Shown here piece after piece: positions 19,168 to 28,414 of a stretch of DNA of 39,266 bases. The notes beneath the pieces are model-generated. The model searched no databases and had not been told where the DNA came from. It was given only the letters and a program-made list of their open reading frames with translations. Both the position numbers and the translations under genes were made by a program. Position 1 is the first letter of the stretch. Every line of letters begins with the position of its first letter. Origin of the DNA: Chrysochromulina tobinii (Eukaryota); the NCBI GenBank assembly GCA_001275005.1, contig JWZX01003133.1, positions 1 to 39,266 of the forward strand. The letters are read 5' to 3'.

Positions 19168-22100
19168 TCATTGCGCCGTGTTGGTTGCACTCCGAATGAG
19201 CTGCTTATCCTCGTTCCTGTCGTGCAGCAGCCCGTCAATCGTCTTCTGGCCGTCTGGGCCTGTCAGGACAATCCGATGGACGCCCACCGTGTGCTTCTGG
19301 CCAGCCCGACGTACACGGCCGATCGACTGCTGCTCCTTACCCACCGCGGCAACCACCTTCTCGCTGTCCTTGGGGGGGCTCGCGAGCGGTGCATACAGCA
19401 CGACCTGATGACATCCATGCTGCAGATTGAGCCCCGCGCCGTCCTCATAAGCAAGAAGCAGCACGCGGCACCTCTGCTGTTTCACGCTCAGCTCGGTAGG
19501 CGGCTCATCAAACTCAAGCACCAACTCCGCCGTGCGCTCCTGGTCCTCGCCAGGCTTGGCCACCTCCGACGGCAAGCCAAGCGCCCGCACGGCGCGAGCG
19601 GCCTGCTCGAAGCTGCTCATGGGTGCAAAGACGAGCACCTTCGCCAATGGATGGAGCGCGTGGATCTTCTCGACGCACCGCGCGAGGGCCGCGCCGCGCT
19701 CCTCTGCCTCCGCCGCGGCCTGCGCCAGCTGCATCCATCTGGAATCCTCGATGGTATCGCGGTCAGGGCACATGGGCACCTGGGGATACTTGTTGCACAG
19801 TTTCTCATACTCGGAGCCGCGTCGCAATTGCACCTTTTCGTAGAACGGCTCCCACTTGATGTCCTCCTCCACCACATTGCGACGCGCGGCTGCATTCACA
19901 AACGCCTGCGCTGAGCGCACCGTCTCGCTCTGGTACAGTCGTGAGGGCACGGCGTCGTGATATCTCAGGAACAGGTCACGGCCGCTCGCCCGTTCGATCA
20001 TGCGCCAATGCGCCCAGGCGCCACAGACGTATGTGCCCGCACAGAGCGACGCGATCTCGGTGATGCGTGCCACAGATGAGAGCAGCGGCGTCCCGGTCAA
20101 GCCAAAGGTGCCGAGCTGGGCGAGCAACGGGCGAGCGTCGATATCAGGCACTGCGATACCCAGCAGCTCCCGCACGGCGCAAGCCGAGCGTTTTGTTGAC
20201 ATGGCACTCTCGTCAGCGTCGTCAGCGCCCATGCACAGCGGCTCGTGGCACTCGTCGACAATCACGCGCCGCCATCTGAAGTACTCAATCGGCACGCCCT
20301 TGTCATCGTCCTGGAAGGTCTTGGCGCGGAGGGCAGGCAACGCCACACGCGTGTAGGCGTGCGAAAAGTACGCCGCCGCCTCGCGGTCCTCCTGCCGTCC
20401 TTTCGTCTTGCCATACGGGTCGCGAGAGGAGCTGGTAATCCACACCCCGTAGATCATCGTCTGTACGTCGCCGCCACCCGCCTCACGATTCTTATTGCGT
20501 CGATGGAGGAAAGGTGGCAACGTCTCGGTGCCGGTCGCCTCCGTCAACAGCTCCAGGTAGGTGTCCTTACGGCCGTCAAGCGCTGTGGCAAGCTGAGCGA
20601 CCTCCTCGGCACTCTTGCCCTGCAGACGCTCCTTGGCAAGCTTCGCCTCCTTCTGCTCCTCTTTTGAACGGAGCGCTGCCTCCTTGACACCCGCCGCCGC
20701 CGCGAAGCCGCACGCCTTGCCGCTGCTGGCGCAGCCCAGTAAGTCGGACACAATCAGCACCACATCGGCCTCACGCAATTGCTTGTACGTGAGCGCCCGC
20801 AGGTGAGCCGCGCTCTCGATGCGCACACAGCGGAGCTTCTGGTCAGTGAACCGTCCAATTTCGGCCTCCCATTGGCGAATGATGAGAGGAGTGACCACGA
20901 TGAGTGTGGCACGGCTCTGCTGCCGCTCATCGAGGGGGAGCGCACGCGCCGCCTGCACATCAGCTGCGATGAGCGCAATCACTGTCACCGTCTTGCCGGC
21001 GCCGAGCGCATCTGCCAGTAAGCCGCCACGCAGCGGGCCCTTGATGCCCGCCTTAACTTGAAGTTGCCACGCCACGCCGGGTAGTGCCGCGTCTGCATAG
21101 TCACACTCGTCGAACTGGAGCTTACCCGCCTCGATCTCTTGCATCCAGTGCAGGACCTTGAGCTGGCGGGGGTACAGCTTGAGGTCCTTGGCCCAAGCAG
21201 CTGTGGGCGGCTGTGGAGCTGGAGCTTCATCCTTGCTGGATTGGATGGTGAACTCGCACTGGACCTGAGCAGTGTCCAGCCGTGTGCCAATCTTCCACTC
21301 GACGCAGAGCGCCTTCTGAGCGCCGAGGTTACGACCGCGCAACAGCCGTTCAGCTGCTTGGTGCCCCACCAGCTCCACCCGAGGCGCCACCTCCACCGAG
21401 TTGTCCGCGCCACTCAGCCGCACCTCCCACGCCGGCGGGCGTGCATTCATGGCCGTCTCGTACGTATTCGACAGCTCCGTGTTGTACACGCGCCGTTGGC
21501 CAGCCCATGCCTCGGAGGGGCGACGTGGCGCACTCTTGATGCACTCGCCCCATGCTGCCTGGCCCTTACGCACGCTGGCAACGCCACGCTGCTCATCAAA
21601 ACGGAGCGAAGCAGCGGCGCCGCAAGTGTCTCCGCAAGGCGACGCTCAGCCGCTGTCGAGGATGCACCGAGGATCAACAGCTGCCCATCGAACGCATGCT
21701 CGCCAAGCTTTGTGAGAGTACTGGCAGTGAGACCACGCACGACGAACTGAGGGTAGCCATCTAGCACGTTCATCGTCACCGTTGGTCCTCCCTTCTCCCT
21801 GACCAGCTGGATGCTGGGCACTCGAGTCCAAACGAGCAGCGTCGCGGGCACCTCGATGGAGCCACCGTGCTTTGGCCGCTTCTGCGCTGCCTTGCCACTT
21901 GCCTTGGGCGCAGGTGCGAGTGCCAGTTGGCCGAGGGCGTGCAGCCATTCCAGGACGGGCTCCTTCTCCTCCAGCTTCAACTCAGCGACATGGTGCACCC
22001 TTCCGTCGTGATACGAGGGGCTGGTCGCGAACACAAGACGGTCCGGCCCCGTTCGATTCACGTCCGGATCGACGAAGAGCCACATGCTTTGCTCCGACTC

Positions 22101-25100
22101 ACGTTGCCACAGCGCTCCGAAGGCGACCGTTCCACGACAGCGCTGGCGCACGTAGGTGCCTTGGATCAGCTCCGCGGTGCCTGCAACGTGAAGTCGATCT
22201 GCCCAAACCTCTTCCTTGAAGTCAAGGAGCCCCATCTCCGCGCGGAACGAGGGCGAGGTGGCGCCCAGCTCGGGGGCCAACGTGAGTGTGGCGTCTTTGC
22301 GCTCAAAGACTTCCCACTGGTCTTCAGGGCTCGCTGTTCCACATCGCAGCATCAGTCTCGCAGCGGGTTCCAGCCGTCCACGCTTGCCCGTACTCAGATC
22401 GTAGAGAGTGGCAGTGATGCCGACCTCCGCCGCCGCCATGCGGCCAATAGCCACGGACAGCGTCGCCACCGGCGAGGCTCCATCGCTGCCATAAGCGACA
22501 TACTTGAGCCGCATCACATCACGCTCGCGCTCGATGCGCAGCAGTCGAAGCGGCTCGGCGCCAAGGCCCGTCCCCTGGATCGGCTGCTCAAGTCTCAGGG
22601 CGTCAGGCACCGCACATCGCAGCTCGCGCTCAAAGCCCCCTGGCACTGCACCCAGGTCATCGCTGACCACCTTCTCTGAGGCGAATCGGTCAGCAGCCGT
22701 TCTGCTGAAGAGTGGCTTCATCTCATGCATATCGAGCTGCACGTGCGCCGCACACATCCCACAGACGGTCATCTGGCAGCAGCTGCAGCGAAGGATGCTA
22801 TGCTTGGAGACGTCACCAGAAGACTCACAGGTACACAGTACCGAGCAGCATTCGGCACGCGAAGCCAGCCCCAGGCATTGTGCAAAGCTGAATCGCTCGC
22901 AAGCGCTGCCTGGGTTTGTTGCTGCAAGCGTTGCAGCGGCCGCCCGCGCAGGCACTGAGGATGCTGATAGTGGTGGTAGGAGGCCATCCTTGCCTTTCTT
23001 CTTGGCGTCAGCATACGGCAAAATGCATAAAGCGGATAGGATGCATGCCGAGACAACCGGCATAGACATAGCATTCCCGGCGAGGTCGCTCAATTGCACC
23101 TCGGACTCACCTCCTAGAAGCAACTGGTCGGCGGGGATGCCGGAGAGGAGGAGCTTCTCAAAGCCCGAGATCTCGCGCCCGCGTCGAAAGTGATACATTT
23201 GTCCACCAGGCGTAAGGCAGCCTGTGATCCCGGCCTTTGCAATGATGTCCGTTTGGTGAGGGTTTTGGGAGAGATCAAGAAGCGCGTTGTGGTGCAAAAG
23301 GTCGATGCCGACCTCGGCATTCTTGATAGCCTTGACCTCGACGTGGTCCAGGGAGTGCTGTGACCAGAAGGCGAGCACGTCCTGCATCCAAAACGGCGAG
23401 AGGAACGACGGCGGCGCCTTGGGGCTCCATTTCGTCAGTGGCCGCGCCTCGAGCTCCATGTTGGCACCCACCTCTGCCGCGTTGATGACAGACTCTCGCA
23501 CGTGATCACGCCGAGGAAGTAGGTGGATGCAGTTGCGGAAGCCGAGAAAGTACCGCGTGTTCGCGTCACGATTCGTCGTGTAAAAGTCGCGGCCGTGCTG
23601 CTCTTCAGCGAGCCTCTGGGCGATTGGCGAGCGCAGCACGTCGCGGAAGCGGCGGATACGATCTGAGGTGTCAGGGAGAAGGAATGCCTCCACCGGGTGA
23701 TCAAGGCTTGTCTGCAGCCCTATTACCATCTCTTGCCAGTACGCCGCTACCTCCTTGGGTGCAAGCTCACCATAGGTGCCCTCCTTCCATGCGAGGAGGT
23801 ACTTGCGCTGCCGTGTGTGAGGCAAGCCGTACTTCTTCGAATCCACCTGCATGAAAGTAGCCTCGTACTTGACCGGCATCTGAAAGATGAGGGTGGCGCT
23901 CGTGTCGGTCACTGAGAGGCTCAGCCTCTGGCAGAGGGCTCTGAGCTCGATCGTGCCACCCCTCTTGAGCCCGAGCGTTGCCAGCGCAGCCTTGTCGAGA
24001 GACATCTCGCCACCAGCTTTGGTCGACCATCCCTTCAGTGCAGCGCCCAGCCTCAGCCCGTGCTGCGGGAACACCTGGCTGACGATAAGCTTGTCCCCCT
24101 TCTCAAGCTCGAGCAGCTGAACGGCAGTGGAGTGCAGGAACGGCATGACTCAGAGCAGCAGTGGGGGCAGCAGTGGGGGGCTCAACGCCTAACTCAACGC
24201 CTCTCACCGTCTCTTTGACCGCGCCTTTTTTGGTGGTGTCTACCACCTTCTCCCCCTGCGACTTGGCGGACGATTGGATCTTGGAGAAGATGTCCTTCGC
24301 CATGACGCGCCCAGTGATGTAGCCTTGCATCTTGGCCCACGGCGCACTCGTCACATTCTCGAGGAGGCAGATGTCGTGCGCACTCGCAAACAGGTAGTCT
24401 ATCGTGGCCAAAAAGGTCTCGCCCGAGGTGCCCATGTCTTCGATGTCCAGCTTGATTCCCCCCGCTCTCTTGCGAGCGGAGAAGTCTTTGCAACTCGTAC
24501 CCGCAATGAGGACACTGAGATGGCCTTGTGGCGCCTGGGGGATCGCTCGCTCACCGCCAAAGCTCGTGGACGCCCGGGGCAGCACCTTCGTACTCAATGA
24601 GGCGGTGGAGCTCGCAGCGAGCTCGACCACGTCGTTGAAGAGAGCGACGCCGGGAAAGTTACGCGCAATGTAGGCCTGCTTAAATGGCTCCTTCTCGCAG
24701 CTCAGTGCATGGTGCACCTGGAGCGAGAGGCCCTGCTCCTGTAGCTCCTTGGAGACAATCTGCAACGCCAGGGCGGGCGCATCGGTGCCCGAGCAGACGG
24801 TCTGCAGATGGACCGGCAGCAAGGGAACTGCCATCAGTGGCACTGAGTGGCACTCAGTGGCCATCAGGGGTGCTCAGAGACACTCAGAGGCGCTCAGTGG
24901 CACTCCGTGGCCGTCGGAGGCCATCAGAGGCCATCAGTGGCCGTCACTCATAGGCATCACTCACCTGCAGATGGACCGGCGGCAAGCCTCCCGCCTTGAT
25001 GGTCTTCCTCTGCAGCGCGTGCTCGAGCAACGGCTTGAGTCGGCGCGCCTGTTCCTTCACGATGTGCACCACCCCCCGGTCGGTGATATCGAAAGGGGTG

Positions 25101-26107
25101 TCCAGGAAGTCTCGCTGGCCGCGATGCGCCTTCTTCTCGCGCTGTTCGGAGTAGCCGGGGCGTTCCGCCGGTTCCTTGAGCCTTCGCGCCGGAGGGGCCG
25201 CCCAGATGGCCTGCAGCTCGAGTAGCTCTGCGGCACGGTCCTCCTTGGTCATGGAGCGTGCGTCGCCATCCTTACTGCTCGCCGATGCCTTGGCCTTGAC
25301 CGTTGCCCTGCGGCGCCGCGAGCGGCCCTCACCGTCATCATCACCTTCCATGAATAGGTGACCATCTTCACCATCATCATCATCATCATCATCATCACCA
25401 CTGCCCGACTCGTCATCTTCGCTCGCTGCCTGCTTGCGAGCTGCTCGCCCCTTTTGGTGCCGACTGCGTGCGCGATTCTGCCCCATTCTACCACACAAGC
25501 CTGGCACCTCGTCCTCCTCGTCCGACGAGGCTCCCATACTTTCATCGTCATAGCGATGCTCCGCGGCCCGGTAGTCGATCACCTTGCGCGCCCTCATCAT
25601 ACGCCCCGCTGCCAGGTGCGCCGGAATCTCCTCGACATCGTGGTCTTGCGCCTCGTCCTCTTCCGCCTCGGCGAGCTCGAGATCGCCCAGACGCCGCTTG
25701 CCCGCTGGCGCACGTCGCTGCTCGTCTGGCGGCTTCTGCTTATGTGGCCTCTTTGCAGCTTTCTCCCGGCCCTTGGCCGCTGCCTCTGCCTCCACGTCCG
25801 CTTTAGCCGCCGCCGAGGGTCGCTTTTGTGCAGGTGCTGCTGACGACGACGCGGCCATCGGCGGCGGATCCAGCAATCTGAATGGTTGACATGGTCCGAG
25901 GCCTCCCTGCAAAACTTCCCACGCTTTGCCAAGTTCCACGTCAAGAGTGAACCACAGCGTCTCGTTGTCTTCAGCAAAATGTATGCGGTACGATTTGTCC
26001 TCAGCGTCGTATTCGATTATTTTGCCGTGATACCACTTTATGTCGGGCGGGAAGCGCATCTGCAGCTGACCGCCAACAGGGAGCAGCATCGCGCGGTCCG
26101 ACGGCAT
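19168..26107 (-). CDS. DNMT5: DNMT5-family DNA (cytosine-5) methyltransferase fused to an SNF2 ATPase, with N-terminal Tudor-like domain (~2,230 aa; 3 exons, one frameshift)
   Basis: Exons (minus strand) 26107-24965, 24801-24208 and 24116-19168; frameshift near 21550-21640. Tudor-like: RFPPDIKWYHGKIIEYDAEDKSYRIHFAED. MTase motifs: I TVCSGTDAP, II SCEKEPFKQAYI, IV AGTSCKDFS, VI LLENV, VIII YGLPHTRQRKY, IX-X GREISGFEKLLLSGIP...DLAGNAMS. A Cys-rich cluster follows (CTCE...CSCCQMTVCGMC). SNF2 motifs: LYPRQ, GGLLADALGAGKT, VIVDECHE, GLTGTP, GAGLNLQ, QQSIGRVRRAGQ. Confidence 0.92.
24117..24207 (-). other. GT-AG intron 2 of DNMT5 (91 nt, phase 0)
   Basis: Minus strand ACG|GTGAGAG ... GCCGTTCAG|CTG; joins KKGAVKET|LLELEKGD across two different ORF frames. 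Contains short duplications (GGCGTTGAG x2, CCCCCACTGCTG x2). Confidence 0.85.
24802..24964 (-). other. GT-AG intron 1 of DNMT5 (163 nt, phase 0)
   Basis: Minus strand CTGCAG|GTGAGT ... CTGCAG|ACC; joins GLPPVHLQ|TVCSGTDAP, linking exon 1 to MTase motif I. Confidence 0.92.
24831..24940 (+). repeat. 10-bp minisatellite, 11 degenerate units, consensus about C(A/C)(C/A)TCAG(T/A)GG, inside DNMT5 intron 1
   Basis: ccatcagtgg cactgagtgg cactcagtgg ccatcagggg tgctcagaga cactcagagg cgctcagtgg cactccgtgg ccgtcggagg ccatcagagg ccatcagtgg, all in exact 10-nt register. Confidence 0.92.
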
Positions 26108-26231
26108 TGTGCAAAAAGTGCCAAATGTGTCGCGGAGATTCCGCGATCGCTGGCTTGACTAATAGAATCGAATCCGCACAGAGACAAACAAAGACAGCTT
26201 TCGTACAAAGTACATTGTATACTTGACAAAT

Positions 26232-27522
26232 ATGGCAATTCGAAACCTTCGAGTCGCGGCGTCCGCAACAAAGATGATCTCGACTACAAGTACCCTCAGC
26301 ATGGACCCACAAGTCGACGAGATCGTCGCACAATGGCAAAAGAAGCACAGCAGCACCGAGGCGCAGCAGGCGCTCGCACCAAGGCTGGAGGCGGCGCCAA
26401 TCAGCATAGATGGTAAACGGGATTTTTTGCGTTGCTTTGCGAATGATGATACGAACGCACCGCGCTTCACGATGTTCCTGGTTGGCGACTCGACCTCGCG
26501 CAACGTGTACCGCGCCTTGTGCAGCACACTCGATCCCGTCGAGTGGAAGGTGATCAACGACACCAGCATTGACAGGGCACACCTCACGTGCTCTGGCCGT
26601 CTCACCCGCCGGCAAGTGCTCTTCGTGTTCGTACCCGCAGCGATGTGGAGGCAGGGAGCGGTGGACGACGCCTACGGCCTGATCGGCGCGCGCCCAGACG
26701 TTGTGGTTGTCACCGGTGGCCTATGGACCATCGTGGCCCCACGCCGTTCTCGGGCAAATATGGTTGGCCGTGGCATGACTTGTGGCTCCACTTTACTCGA
26801 TCGTTCAACGCGACGCTGAGCAGCTACCGACAGAGCCGGCTGGCCGCCCCGCCGGGTGCTGGTCACAACGATCCACGCGGTATGTGAGTATGAGCCACCG
26901 TCACGGGAGCGGTTGGAAGGGTGCATCGATTACCTGTCCCAACCTAACGGAACGGTCTTCAATGATGGGACCATCAAAAGAGTCAAGCCATTGACCAACG
27001 ATCACAGCCTCCTGGCAGGGATCGACAAGGCTGCAGCCGAGGCGCACTGCGTCGCAGGCGCGCGCACGTATTTCAATGCCCGGGCGCTCAACGAGCAGCT
27101 ACACTCTGTCGTGGCTCACTATGCCGGGCGGCACCTTCCACCTGTGGGATTAGTCGACACGTTCACGCTCACGGACAACATGTGCTGGGCCAACGACGCC
27201 GCCACGCTAGGCAATGACGTCATGCACTTCGAGCTGCTGCTCTACCAAGAGGCGTACGCGAAGCCTCCCCGCCAGCACATCCCGTTCCTTCTGATTACCT
27301 TCTAATGGGCTCGTGAGTGCCTCAAGGGCATCGTGCTTCTCAATAATTAGGAAGGGTACCAAGGGCATCGTACGGGTACTGAGGTGCTCCTCGTGCCTCG
27401 CGCCCGTGTGTGCACAGGTCGTTGCTCTTTGCGTCTCTCGGCTCAGACTGGCTACCGGGCCCGAGCCGACCCAATTGCGATGCCGGACACTTCGTACAGA
27501 AAGTGCGCTGGTGGGATTTTAG
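26232..27522 (+). CDS. SGNH/GDSL-like (PC-esterase/TBL-type) acyl esterase or acyltransferase; frameshifted in this sequence
   Basis: MFLVGDSTSRNVY (GDS nucleophile motif) and PDVVVVTGGLW in ORF 26223..26819; VGLVD...NDVMHF (DxxH) in ORF 26856..27305. Joining them needs frameshifts near 26735 and 26850. The last exon 27418-27522 is tentative. Confidence 0.6.
27252..27417 (+). other. Possible GC-AG intron (166 nt)
   Basis: CAAGAG|GCGTAC ... GTGCACAG|GTC; splicing gives HFELLLYQE|VVALCVSRL, a plausible terminal SGNH helix. Confidence 0.4.
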
Positions 27523-28414
27523 GGTTCGTCAGCACAAGGACCAGGGGAAGAATGAGGAGGAGGTGCCCATCGTGCGCAGAATTGACGTCGGCAAGAAGCT
27601 CTACGCGCCGCTTAGTCGTCGAAGCCGCCCATGGAGGGCGCACAAGGAGAATAGCCCACCCTAAGGAGCGAATGTAAAGTCAAAGTGATGGGCCCTGCCC
27701 GTGCTGGTTGGTTGCTGCGTGATCCGTGATGCTAACGCCGATGGCCCCGCGCAGGCCGCAGTCGGCACTACGCGCGCAGCGCCCGCACCGGCGCCGCAGC
27801 CCGCAAGAGCCAGGACGAGGGCCACCCGGGACCCGAACATAGAAAATAGCAATGACCACCGGCAATCGAATGTATCCCGGACACCCGGAGCAATCGAATT
27901 TGGCAAATTGTCTTTGGAATTGCGCAGACGAAGTTACCGAGACGCCGAATTCGCGTCTCGTTACATGCGATTCGTGCGATCACCTCCGCTCCTCGCATCA
28001 CCTCCTGGTGCGCCGGTGGCGGTGCGGGTGTCGACTAATGAGTAGATGAGTAATGTAGATTATAAATTCGTCCCGCGCGCTCCCGGGTCGTCGCGGACGG
28101 ACGATACGTTCGCGCATGTGTTCGCGTTTCGTTCGCGTTAGCCTTTAGCCTTATAGCGATATAGTCTATATTGCTTATTGGCCCGCCGTGCGCCGCGGGT
28201 TTTTGGGTCGCGATATCGGTGCGTCGGAGTCGATCCAGATTCGAGATTCCAGTTCTTATCGCCCGGGCGCGGGCCACTCGTGACTCGTACGGGATCGTAC
28301 TCGCGCTTTTAATTGTGAATATCACTGCGGGTCAACGTCGCATGTTTTTACATTTCTTATCGTGAGTCGCACTCGACTTACCCCTGGGTCTCTGTCTCTC
28401 TAATCGTCTCATCT

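Noticed and set aside
24831..24940. CRISPR-like array
   Set aside because: Contiguous degenerate 10-bp units with no unique spacers, inside an intron, and no cas genes nearby.
24684..25225. Plus-strand ORFs with SGTEWHSVAIRG / PSEAIRGHQ peptides
   Set aside because: These are translations of the intronic minisatellite and the antisense strand of DNMT5 exons.
8952..26107. Prokaryote-style defence island or restriction-modification system (methyltransferase + SNF2 helicase + giant ATPase)
   Set aside because: The MTase and SNF2 ORFs are exons of one eukaryotic DNMT5 gene with spliceosomal introns. The DUF3638 gene is convergent, and nothing beyond adjacency links the two functionally.
27661..27906. 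Small minus-strand ORF with a signal-peptide-like start (MFGSRVALVLALAGCGAG)
   Set aside because: Only about 60 codons after the Met, with no recognisable domain or supportable splice continuation.
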